From Caldisericum sp. (GTDB lineage: Bacteria > Caldisericota > Caldisericia > Caldisericales > Caldisericaceae), in assembly GCA_022759145.1 (NCBI GenBank), contig JAEMPV010000048.1:4263-68262 (forward strand): a stretch of DNA of 64,000 nt, written 5' to 3'. The position numbers were made by a program, and so were the translations under genes. Positions 43,501-53,341 of the stretch are shown here, piece after piece; the stretch's first letter is position 1, and each line of letters begins with the position of its first letter. Below the pieces are notes generated by a model. The model worked only from the letters and a program-made list of their open reading frames with translations, did no database searches and was not told where the DNA came from.

Positions 43501-44262
43501 TTATTTTAACTTTGCGTTTTTTAAAATTCTGTATAGTTCGGTAAATGTTTTTGCATCAAGACTTGCTCCACCAACCAACCCACCATCAATATCATTAACG
43601 TTTGCCAAACTGTCAAAATTATCAACTTTTATACTTCCCCCGTATAGAATGGAAACATTTTTGAACTCAGGATTGTTAAAAAGTTCAACAAGATAATTCC
43701 TAATAAATTTATGAACTTCATTTGCTTGTTCTGGTGTTGCATTTACTCCTGTTCCAATTGCCCATACAGGCTCGTAAGCAATGATAAAGTTTGTAGAACT
43801 CACACCTTTAAGCCCTTTCTCTAATTGTTCCTTTATCACGGTCTCAGTTTTGTTTGATTGCCTTTCTTCAAGAGTTTCGCCTACACAAAGAACTGGAGTT
43901 AGTCCGTGAGAAATAGCAGATAAAACTTTTTTGTTTATTATTTCGTTATCTTCTTTGAATATATGCCTTCGTTCAGAATGCCCTATTAACACATACTGAA
44001 CTCCAAACTCATTTAGCATTATTGGGGAAATTTCACCTGTAAAAGCCCCTTTTTCTTCATAGTGCATATTTTGTGCGCCTACTTTTACCGGAGAGTTAGA
44101 AATTGCTTTTGAGAAACTTTCAATTGCAGTGAAAGGTGGAAATACGCCCATCTCAACATTTTCATTAAATTCTACTTCTCCTTTCAAATAATTTGCGTAT
44201 TCAAGTGCTTCTTTTACAGTCTTATGCATCTTCCAATTTGCAAAAAGATAATACTTTCTCAT
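43501..44262 (-). CDS. tpiA: Triosephosphate isomerase
   Basis: ANWKMH, IGHSERR and AYEPVWAIGTG motifs. Confidence 0.95.
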   Translation of the reverse strand: MRKYYLFANWKMHKTVKEALEYANYLKGEVEFNENVEMGVFPPFTAIESFSKAISNSPVKVGAQNMHYEEKGAFTGEISPIMLNEFGVQYVLIGHSERRHIFKEDNEIINKKVLSAISHGLTPVLCVGETLEERQSNKTETVIKEQLEKGLKGVSSTNFIIAYEPVWAIGTGVNATPEQANEVHKFIRNYLVELFNNPEFKNVSILYGGSIKVDNFDSLANVNDIDGGLVGGASLDAKTFTELYRILKNAKLK

Positions 44263-44264
44263 TT

Positions 44265-44663
44265 TTACCTCCCATCCAACCTTTCTTTTAAAAATGGAAA
44301 CGGAAGAAGTTTGTTTATGTTCGTTTCAATAATTGAGCCTTTGTCGTTTACAAGCATTATTGGTAAATCATTGGAAAACTCAGATATTACTTGCCTGCAA
44401 ATTCCGCACGGTGGTGATGGCTCTTCGGTTTTTGTTGCAACAACCAAAAGCTCAAAATCATGCTCTCCTTCGCTTACTGCTTTAAAAATTGCAACTCTCT
44501 CGGCGCATACACTTGCACCATAACTTGAATTTTCGATATTGCAACCCGTGTAAATTTTACCACTTTTGGTAAGTAACGCTGCACCTACCTTGAACTTTGA
44601 GTAAGGTGCATAAGCGTTCTCCATTGCTTCTATTGCTTGTTTAATCACCTCGTTCTTGTCCAT
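44265..44663 (-). CDS. cdd: Cytidine deaminase
   Basis: Zinc motifs CAERVA and PCGICRQ. Start at ATG 44663 (MDKNEV), preceded by GAGGAAG. Confidence 0.9.
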   Translation of the reverse strand: MDKNEVIKQAIEAMENAYAPYSKFKVGAALLTKSGKIYTGCNIENSSYGASVCAERVAIFKAVSEGEHDFELLVVATKTEEPSPPCGICRQVISEFSNDLPIMLVNDKGSIIETNINKLLPFPFLKERLDGR

Positions 44664-45948
44664 TTTCTTCCTCACCTTCTTTCTTATTTTCAAGAAAAAT
44701 AGCCTTTACCTGGACTATTCTTCTATTTCTAACCTTGCTTACGATAAACTTGATATTCTCTATTATAATCTCTTCGCCCGGATTTGGAAGCCTTCCAAAA
44801 TGTTCTAAGAGAAGACCCCCTATAGTAGATGCCTCTTCCCCTGAGAGATTTACATTAAACATTTCATTGAAGTCATCAATATTAAAAGCACCCGACACAA
44901 GATATGCATTTTCTCCCAATCTTTGGACTGGTTTTTCCTCAATGTCAAACTCGTCCTGTATCTCTCCAACGATTTCTTCCAATATATCCTCAATTGTTAC
45001 AAGACCGGAAATTCCTCCATATTCGTCAAAAACAAGCGCTATCTGAATTTTATTCTTTTGCATCTCCTTAAACAACTCATCTACTCTTTTTGTCTCAGGA
45101 ACAAACAAAGGTGTACGCAAGATTTTCTTAAGATCGATTTTTTCTTTTTTTGCGATAATTTTTAGAAGATCCTTCACATAAAGAATACCTATCACATTGT
45201 CAATCTTTTCTTCATATACAGGGAATCTTGAGTGACCGCTTTTTGTTATGGTGTCAAGTGTTTCATCAATTTCAGATTCGATATCTATTGCAACAATGTC
45301 TACGCGAGGAGTCATTATTTCTTTTACAATAGTGTCACCAAATTCGAAAATTGAATATATCATTTTCTCTTCTTCTCGTTCAATTATCCCTTCCTTTTTC
45401 CCAATCTCGATCATAGATAGGACTTCATCTTCTGATGCAAAGAACTTCTTTTCTTCTGCTCTAATGCCTAAAATTAAAAGAACAAACTGGGAAACTTTTG
45501 AAAGGATATACGCAAAAGGTTTTATTAAATAATAAAAAGGAAGGAATATAGCAAAAGAAAAACTTAGGCTTTTTTCTGGAATTGAACTCCCAATAGTTTT
45601 CGGGACAGTTTCACCAAAGATCACTACAAGTAGTGTCGTTATAATCGTTGCTATTAGAACTATGAGTTCGTTTGAAAGAGCGTAGTTCTTTGAGTACATT
45701 ATTGCAATATTTGTAATTAAGGCAGATATCAGGAAATTTACAAAGTTATTTCCAATAACGACTGCACTTATAAAACTTTCGGGTTTCCTTTTATGCTCAA
45801 GAATTAGTTTATAAAGGAAATTCTTTTTAGCATAAGTTTGTATGCGAAGAAGCGAAGAATTAAACATCGCTGATTCAAGCATTGTGAAAACTGCTGAAAT
45901 AAACAAAAGAAGAATTACGATTAAAGTACTCACGCCTAACGAAGACAA
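44641..45948 (-). CDS. CNNM/CorC-family protein (DUF21, CBS pair, CorC_HlyC domains)
   Basis: N-terminal 4-TM DUF21, tandem CBS (IMTPRVDIVAI... / HSRFPVYEE...) and a C-terminal transporter-associated domain. Classical position after ybeY. Confidence 0.85.
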   Translation of the reverse strand: MSSLGVSTLIVILLLFISAVFTMLESAMFNSSLLRIQTYAKKNFLYKLILEHKRKPESFISAVVIGNNFVNFLISALITNIAIMYSKNYALSNELIVLIATIITTLLVVIFGETVPKTIGSSIPEKSLSFSFAIFLPFYYLIKPFAYILSKVSQFVLLILGIRAEEKKFFASEDEVLSMIEIGKKEGIIEREEEKMIYSIFEFGDTIVKEIMTPRVDIVAIDIESEIDETLDTITKSGHSRFPVYEEKIDNVIGILYVKDLLKIIAKKEKIDLKKILRTPLFVPETKRVDELFKEMQKNKIQIALVFDEYGGISGLVTIEDILEEIVGEIQDEFDIEEKPVQRLGENAYLVSGAFNIDDFNEMFNVNLSGEEASTIGGLLLEHFGRLPNPGEEIIIENIKFIVSKVRNRRIVQVKAIFLENKKEGEEENGQERGD

Positions 45949-46409
45949 AGTTCAATCACCTGCCTTTTAAGATTTTGAAGAATCTTATTTAGCAGTTCTT
46001 CTTCCTTTTCTTCCATAATAAGTCTATCCTTCTCTTTTTCGTGGTCATATCCGAGAAGGTGCAAAATTCCATGAATGAACAGAAGGATAAAATAGTCGTT
46101 AAAGTTATTCCCTAGTTTTTTTGATTGTTCTAAGACAACTTCTGGACAAATGAGTATCTCTCCATAGAGTCTTTTGCCTTCTTCGTAATCGATAAGAAAG
46201 GAAAGTACATTCGTCGGCTTATCAATTTTTCTGTAAAGTTTGTTTAATTTTTGAATCTCAGGTTTAGAAAGAATTGCAAAACTTATAGAGACATTTTCTT
46301 TTATGCCTAATTCCTCTACAATCATTTTAATTATATTTTTTAACGCACTTTTATTTACCTTGTATTTTTTCAATTTACTGCTACATTCTAATTTAACCTT
46401 ACTTTCCAT
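45936..46409 (-). CDS. ybeY: rRNA maturation endoribonuclease YbeY
   Basis: HGILHLLGYDH zinc motif. 157 aa. Confidence 0.92.
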   Translation of the reverse strand: MESKVKLECSSKLKKYKVNKSALKNIIKMIVEELGIKENVSISFAILSKPEIQKLNKLYRKIDKPTNVLSFLIDYEEGKRLYGEILICPEVVLEQSKKLGNNFNDYFILLFIHGILHLLGYDHEKEKDRLIMEEKEEELLNKILQNLKRQVIELCLR

Positions 46410-48477
46410 TCGGATACCTCTCTCTTTTATGATACATAGAAATGAGACTTTTTACAAATGAGTTCTTTACCTTTTCAAGTTCGGCAAAGGTAATATCAGC
46501 CTCAGAAAGCTCTCCTTGTTTTATTCTGTCCTCAATTAGTCTATTAACGAGTTCCTCTATTTTCCTATATTCGAGTTCTTCTTTATCCAGACTTTTTGAA
46601 GCCGCTTCTACTGCATCGGCAAGCGAAACTATAACAGTTTCTTTGGTATCCGGTAGTGGACCGGGGTATCTGAAATCATCCATTGTAACATTAGGGTCAA
46701 TTTCTTTTGCTTTTAAATAAAAGTACATCATTACACTTTTCCCATGGTGAGTCTCGATAAAATGAATTATGTCATCAGGCAGCCTGTATCTTTTACCTAG
46801 TTCAATTCCATCCTTTACGTGGTTTAGAATAATTACTTTACTGAGGCTTGGTGAAATCGTATTGTGAATGTTTGGAACATCCGATTGGTTTTCAGTGAAA
46901 TAGTAAGGATAAAGTAGCTTACCAATGTCGTGATACAATGCCCCCACTCTTACAAGGAGCGAGTTTGCGTTTATTGCCTCTGCAGCCTGAGAAGAAATAT
47001 TTGCAACAGCAATACTGTGTGCAAAAGTTCCAGGTGCCTTAACTGACATTTCCTTCAAAAGCGGTGTGTTCAAATCGTTTAACTCTAAAAGCCTTAAAAG
47101 AGTTGCTTCGTTAAAAATGTGTTCGAAAATATATATAATTACTATTGCAATTGGTACCGAAAGTAAAAAGTTCAAAAATGAAAATAGGCTGTTTATGAAA
47201 GATGGTTGCGTTGCCAAAGAAAAAGTTTTTCCCATAAAAAATACTGTAATTCCCACAAAAAATCCGCCTATTGCGCTTGAAATAATATAACTTGCAATCT
47301 TTTTCGTTTTGTTTATGTAGTAAACAATTAAGAGAGATGTAACTGAGAATATTATTATCACGAAAAGAGGTTGAGTTAGAAACGGCAAAAGAATCAATAT
47401 AAATACAAAAGATGATAGTAACAAGTCCTTTAATTCGAAAAATTCATTAAATACGATCAAGAATAGAGGAACCAATATTAAATAGATTGAGAATGATGAG
47501 ATAAAGAAGGAAAGGAAAGAAAAGATAGAGACAATTAATAAAAACTCAGAAGTTTTCTTTGGGACATTTTTCTTCCTGGAAAGAATAATAAATGCTGTTA
47601 CAGATTCCAATAAAGCAAGAAATGCCAAAAGAATTATATTATAAATGGTAATGGTTTTATAGATTCCGATTTTCTGTAGCATCGTAATATCATCTTTGGT
47701 TATTATGTGGCCTTTTTCTATAATTTTTGTTCCTTCTTGAAGGACTACCTCTACCGGTTTTACTTTTTTAATTGCCTCTTGAATTGCTTTGTTTGTTGCC
47801 TCTTCATCGTAAACAAAGTTCGGTTCAATAAACTTTCTTGAAATCCATAAAGTTAGGGTTTTCTCTGCATCCGAAAGTTTTAAAGAATTAATGTCCTTAT
47901 TGATTGTATCAAAAGCATCATTTATCTCAGAATCTCTTATCCCTTTTTTATAAAGATTGTTAAACTCGTTTAATAAAAAATTTTTTATGAAAAGCAATCT
48001 GTCTTTGCTTAACTCAAGGACATAATTTGCAAGTTCTGAATCGTTGTCAAAAATTTGCTTTAAAGAAGCTACCTTTTCATTTTTTGTTTTTGAGGAATCC
48101 TCTTTTATAGCAAGTATTTCATTAAATAAGTTAACTATCCTGTTTTGAACTTTAATCTCTACATTTGAATCATATGTGTATAACGGCATGACTGATTTTT
48201 TTGCATTTTCTATTGCCTGAGCGGTTTTTGCTTCATCAATATATGATATAGTCGCAGGAACGATTATATCCTGTGGAGCTGGCTCATTAACGGCAATATT
48301 TATTTGGTTTCTGATAGATAAGAATAGTAAAAGATAATTTAAAGTAAGAAAGAATACAAGGAGCACAGCAAAAAGCTTCTTCTCAAGGGTTATAGAGACA
48401 AATGTTTCCTTAAGCCCCGTTGCTATTCTTCGTTTTATTTTCAAATTTTTCATAAGCATTGATAATTTTTTGGACAA
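46399..48477 (-). CDS. pgpH: 7TM-HD (HDIG) membrane phosphohydrolase, PgpH-like c-di-AMP phosphodiesterase family
   Basis: Extracellular N-domain, 7 TM helices, HD domain (HSIAVANIS...GALYHDIGK...HH). The start may be an internal ATG (48453-48459); all candidates overlap the phoH 3' end. Confidence 0.8.
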   Translation of the reverse strand: MSKKLSMLMKNLKIKRRIATGLKETFVSITLEKKLFAVLLVFFLTLNYLLLFLSIRNQINIAVNEPAPQDIIVPATISYIDEAKTAQAIENAKKSVMPLYTYDSNVEIKVQNRIVNLFNEILAIKEDSSKTKNEKVASLKQIFDNDSELANYVLELSKDRLLFIKNFLLNEFNNLYKKGIRDSEINDAFDTINKDINSLKLSDAEKTLTLWISRKFIEPNFVYDEEATNKAIQEAIKKVKPVEVVLQEGTKIIEKGHIITKDDITMLQKIGIYKTITIYNIILLAFLALLESVTAFIILSRKKNVPKKTSEFLLIVSIFSFLSFFISSFSIYLILVPLFLIVFNEFFELKDLLLSSFVFILILLPFLTQPLFVIIIFSVTSLLIVYYINKTKKIASYIISSAIGGFFVGITVFFMGKTFSLATQPSFINSLFSFLNFLLSVPIAIVIIYIFEHIFNEATLLRLLELNDLNTPLLKEMSVKAPGTFAHSIAVANISSQAAEAINANSLLVRVGALYHDIGKLLYPYYFTENQSDVPNIHNTISPSLSKVIILNHVKDGIELGKRYRLPDDIIHFIETHHGKSVMMYFYLKAKEIDPNVTMDDFRYPGPLPDTKETVIVSLADAVEAASKSLDKEELEYRKIEELVNRLIEDRIKQGELSEADITFAELEKVKNSFVKSLISMYHKRERYPNGK

Positions 48478-49384
48478 GGGTGTGCCTTACAATATCATTT
48501 ATATCAAGAAAAACAAACTCAATTCCTTCGACATTTCTCAGAATATCAATTGCAACCTCCAATCCATTTCGCCCCTGGCTTGCAAGTAAGTCGCTTTGCG
48601 TTAAGTCTCCAGTTATAACCATCTTAGAGCCTATTCCAAGTCTTGTAAGAAACATTTTCATTTGAGAAAATGTTGTATTTTGTGCTTCGTCCATAATTAT
48701 AAAAGCGTCATTAAGAGTTCTTCCTCTCATAAAAGCAAGAGGTGCTATTTCTATTGTTTTATTGTTGATGAGTTTTTGAGTTTTTTCCTGTCCCAAGAAT
48801 TCGAAAAGAGCATCGTATATTGGTCTAAAATATGGATCAACTTTTTGTTGAATGTCTCCCGGTAAGTACCCTATTTTTTCTCCTACCTCAACAACAGGTC
48901 TTGTAAGTATTATTCGAGAAACTTTATTTGAAAGAAGATACTTAACTGCAATTGCAACTGACAAATAGGTCTTTCCGGTTCCTGCTGGTCCTATTACAAA
49001 GGTGATATCGCTTTTGTTTACTGCCTCTATAAATTTTTTCTGTCCAAGTGTCTTAGGGGTTATACCCCTTCCTTTTATGTCTTCGATAATTTGGCTTTCG
49101 GGAAGTTCTTTAAGGAAATTCCCGTCTTTTATTTTTGTTGAATAAATTACCTCTTGAATGGAAAATGGATATTTCTTCTCTACAAGTTGTTCTATTTCTT
49201 TTAGAATCTTTTTCGTTAATTGAACATTCTCTTTTTCGCCACTTATATATAATTTTTCGTCCCTCAGGGTAATCTTTACATTTAAATTTTTTTCGATTAC
49301 CCTGAAGTTTTCATCTAATACACCAGTAACCTTTAATATATTCTTAGGGTTCTTTAGTCGTATTACTTCGGTTTCTTCTCCCAT
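48410..49384 (-). CDS. phoH: PhoH-family ATPase
   Basis: Walker A GPAGTGKTYLSVA and IIMDEAQN. N-terminal KH-like extension. Confidence 0.9.
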   Translation of the reverse strand: MGEETEVIRLKNPKNILKVTGVLDENFRVIEKNLNVKITLRDEKLYISGEKENVQLTKKILKEIEQLVEKKYPFSIQEVIYSTKIKDGNFLKELPESQIIEDIKGRGITPKTLGQKKFIEAVNKSDITFVIGPAGTGKTYLSVAIAVKYLLSNKVSRIILTRPVVEVGEKIGYLPGDIQQKVDPYFRPIYDALFEFLGQEKTQKLINNKTIEIAPLAFMRGRTLNDAFIIMDEAQNTTFSQMKMFLTRLGIGSKMVITGDLTQSDLLASQGRNGLEVAIDILRNVEGIEFVFLDINDIVRHTLVQKIINAYEKFENKTKNSNGA

Positions 49385-49389
49385 TATCT

Positions 49390-49395
49390 ATTATA
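49390..49395 (-). promoter_or_regulatory. TATAAT 5 nt upstream of the phoH ATG
   Basis: Minus strand reads TATAAT (49395..49390), AGATA, ATG (49384). No SD. TTGAAA lies 21 nt further upstream, which is too long a spacer for a canonical -35. Confidence 0.35.
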
Positions 49396-49426
49396 GAATA
49401 GCAGAAAATGGGGGAATTTCAAATAG

Positions 49427-50431
49427 TCATTTTAGTTTGTTTATTACTTCGTTTGCAATAATAGTGAATGCTTCTTTTACTTCACTATTACCCTCTATGT
49501 AGAAAGAAGGAATGCCTACGTCTCCGCCTTCTCTTACCTGCACCTCGAGAGGGACGCTTCCGAGGAACGGCACACCCGCTGATTCTGCAAGCTTCTTACC
49601 TCCCCCCGCTCCGAAGATTTCCGTTTTTGCTCCACAGTGTGGACACTTAAAATATGCCATATTCTCAATTACTCCAAGTACTTCTATATTCATTTGCTTA
49701 AACATATTTAATGCTTTAGATGCATCAAGTACCGATACACTTTGTGGTGTTGTAACGATTATGCCGTAATGTGTTGGTAAAGTTTGAGCAACTGTAAGTG
49801 CAACGTCTCCTGTTCCTGGAGGTAAATCAATTAAAAGAAAGTCCAACTCTCCCCACTCAACATCCTCGTATAATTGTTCCAAAGCCTTAGTTACAAGTGG
49901 TCCCCTCCATATAACAGGTGTTGATGGATCCTCAAGGAGAAAACCAATAGAAATAAGCTTTACACCAAATTTTTCGATCGGAACCATTTTCCTATTTTCA
50001 GTTACTCTTGGCAATTCTTGTTCTACACCAAACATCTTTGGAATATTAGGTCCATATACATCCGCATCCATTATTCCTACCTTATAACCAAGGTTAGCAA
50101 GTGCTACTGCAAGGTTTGTTGTAACGGTTGACTTTCCTACCCCGCCTTTTCCTGAGCCAACCGCAATTATGTGCTTTATTTTAGGAGTTTCCTTGAAAGT
50201 TATTTCAAACTCAACTACCTCTGCTCCAAGTTGCGTAAGCCTTTTTGTGATAACCTGTTTCAATTCGTTTAGCGTTTCTTCATCAATTGGAGTTAATCGA
50301 AGCGCTATGTTTACTTTGTTTCCAATTACTTCTACCCCATCAATGCTTCCAATGTTTAAAAGTAATTTTTTCAGTTTAGGGACATAGGTTGTTTTAAGGA
50401 CATCAATTACCTGTGTTTGTAAAAGTGCCAT
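49427..50431 (-). CDS. Mrp/NBP35/ApbC-family Fe-S cluster carrier ATPase
   Basis: Deviant Walker A GSGKGGVGKSTV, CPHCG cluster-binding motif, N-terminal DUF59-like domain. Confidence 0.88.
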   Translation of the reverse strand: MALLQTQVIDVLKTTYVPKLKKLLLNIGSIDGVEVIGNKVNIALRLTPIDEETLNELKQVITKRLTQLGAEVVEFEITFKETPKIKHIIAVGSGKGGVGKSTVTTNLAVALANLGYKVGIMDADVYGPNIPKMFGVEQELPRVTENRKMVPIEKFGVKLISIGFLLEDPSTPVIWRGPLVTKALEQLYEDVEWGELDFLLIDLPPGTGDVALTVAQTLPTHYGIIVTTPQSVSVLDASKALNMFKQMNIEVLGVIENMAYFKCPHCGAKTEIFGAGGGKKLAESAGVPFLGSVPLEVQVREGGDVGIPSFYIEGNSEVKEAFTIIANEVINKLK

Positions 50432-50840
50432 ACTTTGCTCTCCTTTCTATTAAATCTTCAAGCGTTATATTTTGTAAAAATTCGTCTAATCTTTCTTTAA
50501 GATATTCAAGCGATTGCATAGAAATGCACTCTGTAGGTTTGCACTTGAGGGTTTTCTTACCAAATTCACACTTAACTTCAATACTTTGTCTTCCTACGGC
50601 TTCTATTATTTCACGCACAGTAATATCTTTTGGGTCTCTTGCAAGTGTATATCCGCCGCTTCTTCCTTTTTCGCTTTCAAGAATATGATGTTCTCTTAAC
50701 ATAGAGCAAATCCTCAGGATATAGGGGAACGAAACATTATTATTGTGCGCAATCTCGCTCACGGTTGCGCGTCTATCTTTTTTGCTTGCAATGTATATTA
50801 ACGATTTTATAGCATAACCTTCAAGTGTTGTAAGTATCAC
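50403..50840 (-). CDS. Rrf2-family transcriptional regulator
   Basis: GTG start after AAGAGGG. wHTH (ATVSEIAHNNNVSFPYILRICSML) and GRSGGY motif. C-terminal Cys residues (C..C....C) suggest Fe-S sensing. Confidence 0.85.
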   Translation of the reverse strand: MILTTLEGYAIKSLIYIASKKDRRATVSEIAHNNNVSFPYILRICSMLREHHILESEKGRSGGYTLARDPKDITVREIIEAVGRQSIEVKCEFGKKTLKCKPTECISMQSLEYLKERLDEFLQNITLEDLIERRAKYGTFTNTGN

Positions 50841-50881
50841 TTTACCCTCTTTTCATTTTCAATTATTACTAAGGCGGTAAT

Positions 50882-50909
50882 ATTATAATACAATTTTATG
50901 AAAATTCAA
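50882..50909 (-). promoter_or_regulatory. Candidate promoter TTGAAT-16 nt-TATAAT for rrf2-mrp
   Basis: Minus strand: TTGAAT (50909..50904), 16-nt spacer, TATAAT (50887..50882). Confidence 0.5.
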
Positions 50910-50920
50910 GTTTATTTGTC

Positions 50921-51673
50921 CTACTTTCTGCCAATAATGATAATGCGTTCAGAGTCTATATGAAATTTTTCGAAATCGTAATTGCCGTAGTATTCTATAT
51001 TCTTAAAAGCAAATTTCTTAAATAGGTTTATCATTTCAGTGAGAGAATAGATACGTATGTGTCTTATATAATCTTTCCTTAGATTGGGACCTACAATATA
51101 TCGATGGGTAGATACAACGGATGTAACTGGATTAAATTTTCTACGTTCAAGTATAAATACACCATCTTCCTTTTCTTTAAAAGTTTCTCGAATAAAATAT
51201 TTGAGTATATAGTCCCGATTTTCAATGTCAATTATGAGGGCTCCGCCCTTTTTTAGTGCATTATAGAAATTTGAAACGATTTTTTCATTTGTATCGTCAT
51301 CAAAGTAGCCAAAGGAAGACCACATATTTATTACAGCGTCGAAAGAATCTTTAAAAGCAAGTTCTCTCATATCCACGAGTTTGAAATCCAAATTTTCAAG
51401 ATTTAGGGCATTTTTGAAATCTTCTGCAAATTTTATATAAAGAGGGCTTGAATCAATACCTAAAACTCTATATCCTCTTTTTGCAAGTTCTATTGAGTGT
51501 CTTCCTATACCACAGCCAGCGTCAAGCACATATGAATTAGGAAGCAAAAACTTTTCAACAAAGTTAACCTGCTCTTTAGTTCTTTCTTCGTTTTGAGGTA
51601 AAAGAAAATATTTTAAATAAACATCGTCAAAATATTCTTTAGTCCAGTCCATTTGAGGCGATTTCTTTTGCAA
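50921..51673 (-). CDS. Class I SAM-dependent methyltransferase
   Basis: Motif I VLDAGCGIGRHS and post-I LGIDSS. Substrate unknown. The start may be ATG 51652. Confidence 0.8.
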   Translation of the reverse strand: MQKKSPQMDWTKEYFDDVYLKYFLLPQNEERTKEQVNFVEKFLLPNSYVLDAGCGIGRHSIELAKRGYRVLGIDSSPLYIKFAEDFKNALNLENLDFKLVDMRELAFKDSFDAVINMWSSFGYFDDDTNEKIVSNFYNALKKGGALIIDIENRDYILKYFIRETFKEKEDGVFILERRKFNPVTSVVSTHRYIVGPNLRKDYIRHIRIYSLTEMINLFKKFAFKNIEYYGNYDFEKFHIDSERIIIIGRK

Positions 51674-52541
51674 TTAAACTTGCAACATATGCATTATTTT
51701 TAATGAGTGCGATATTTGCTTCTAATGACTTTCCTTCACTCAATTCAAAAATTTTAGAGAGAAGAAAAGGTGTTACGCCTTTGCCTGTAATTTTGTTTTT
51801 CTTTAATTCCAACAGTGCGTTATTAATCCACCTTTCCATGGTTTCATATGGAATCTCATATTTCTCAGGTATCGGGTTTGCAACGAGAATTGCACCTTTT
51901 ATGCCATATATATTCTTTATCCTAAGAACTTTTGCAACAACGCTCTCATCTACTGGATCAATCTTCAAACCACTTTTTCTTGAATAAAATGTAGGGAATT
52001 CGTTTGTCTTGTAGCCCAAAACAAGCACGCCTTTTGTCTCTAAATACTCAATAGTTTTTTGGACATCAAGAATTGATTTCACACCACTTGAAACTACGGC
52101 AATATTCCTCTCCGCAAGTTCATCAAGGTCTCTTGAGATATCAAAGGTCTCATTTACTTCTCGGTGAACACCACCTATACCTCCAGTTGCAAAAACTTTT
52201 ATATCTGCTTTTTCAGCAAGAAAAGATGTAGCAGATACTGTGGTTCCTGCAGAAAGACCTTGTGCAACTGCAAGAGGTATTTCACGAGTCGAAACCTTCA
52301 GAACAGTTTCCTTTTTTGCTAAGGCTTCAATTTCGTCAGGACTTAAGCCAATAATTATTACTCCATCAAGGATACCAATTGTTGCAGGTGTGGCACCAGT
52401 TTCTATTACAGTTTTTTCAACGGATATGGCTGTTTCAACATTTTGTGGATATGGCATTCCATGAGTAACAATTGTAGTTTCCAATGCAACAATAGGGTCG
52501 CCATTCTTAAGAGCGGTAAGAATTCTATCGCTTATTCTCAT
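51639..52541 (-). CDS. psuG: Pseudouridine-5'-phosphate glycosidase
   Basis: ALETTIVTHGMPYPQN and FATGGIGGVHR motifs of the IndA/PsuG family. 300 aa. Confidence 0.88.
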   Translation of the reverse strand: MRISDRILTALKNGDPIVALETTIVTHGMPYPQNVETAISVEKTVIETGATPATIGILDGVIIIGLSPDEIEALAKKETVLKVSTREIPLAVAQGLSAGTTVSATSFLAEKADIKVFATGGIGGVHREVNETFDISRDLDELAERNIAVVSSGVKSILDVQKTIEYLETKGVLVLGYKTNEFPTFYSRKSGLKIDPVDESVVAKVLRIKNIYGIKGAILVANPIPEKYEIPYETMERWINNALLELKKNKITGKGVTPFLLSKIFELSEGKSLEANIALIKNNAYVASLIAKEIASNGLD

Positions 52542-53269
52542 TTTACGCCTTCTTTTGAGAGCTTGTAAATTGCTTCTAAACCAATTTTTATTGCATCTTC
52601 TTCTGCTTTCTTAAAAAGTTCCTCTGCACCAAAAGGCTTTACAGATTTCAAATACACATTTCCATCTAAAGCAAATAGTGCACCTGCCTTCACGCCACGT
52701 GCTGCGCTCACAATAAATACACAGCCACTCTCCATTTCTATTGCTTTAACTTTTGCCTTAACGAATTTCTCCATCTCCTCGTCAGAATAAGGAATATAAA
52801 AAGCATCTTCAGAAATAACGACACCATATGCTAAATTAGGTTTTATTTCTTTACCTACTTCAATAATGGTTTTTGTTATATCAAAATCTGCAACTGCAGG
52901 AAATGTAGTCCTTAGATAATTTGGAGTTGTTCCATCGTCTCTAATGCTTCCTGTTGCAACAACAACATCACCAACATTGAGGTTAGGATCAATTCCGCCT
53001 GCAGATCCCACTCTTATGAAAACTTTACCACCAAGGTTAATAAGCTCCTCTAAAACTATTGCAGTAGAAGGAGCACCCATTCCTGTTGTTGCTATTGTTA
53101 TTCTTTCTCCCTTGTAGTAACCTGTATAAACATAGAGAAGTCTATACTCGTTAACAAGTTTTGGATTTTCAAGAAGATGAGACATCTTCTCTGCTCTTTG
53201 GGGGTTCCCAACGAGGATTACATAAGGTGAGATATCCTCACTTTCACATCTAATATGAAATTGTGCCAT
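52538..53269 (-). CDS. PNP/UDP-family nucleoside phosphorylase (uridine-phosphorylase-like)
   Basis: TTGMGAPSTAI, RVGSAGG and EMESG motifs of the PNP_UDP_1 family. 243 aa. Confidence 0.8.
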   Translation of the reverse strand: MAQFHIRCESEDISPYVILVGNPQRAEKMSHLLENPKLVNEYRLLYVYTGYYKGERITIATTGMGAPSTAIVLEELINLGGKVFIRVGSAGGIDPNLNVGDVVVATGSIRDDGTTPNYLRTTFPAVADFDITKTIIEVGKEIKPNLAYGVVISEDAFYIPYSDEEMEKFVKAKVKAIEMESGCVFIVSAARGVKAGALFALDGNVYLKSVKPFGAEELFKKAEEDAIKIGLEAIYKLSKEGVK

Positions 53270-53316
53270 AATTTAACCTCCTAATATAGTATATAGTTTC
53301 TATATTATACATCTTT

Positions 53317-53325
53317 TGGTATAAT
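53317..53325 (+). promoter_or_regulatory. Extended -10 (TGgTATAAT) upstream of pepT
   Basis: TG 53317..53318, TATAAT 53320..53325, SD AGAGGTG, ATG 53342. Confidence 0.45.
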
Positions 53326-53341
53326 TTCTAAGAGGTGAACT

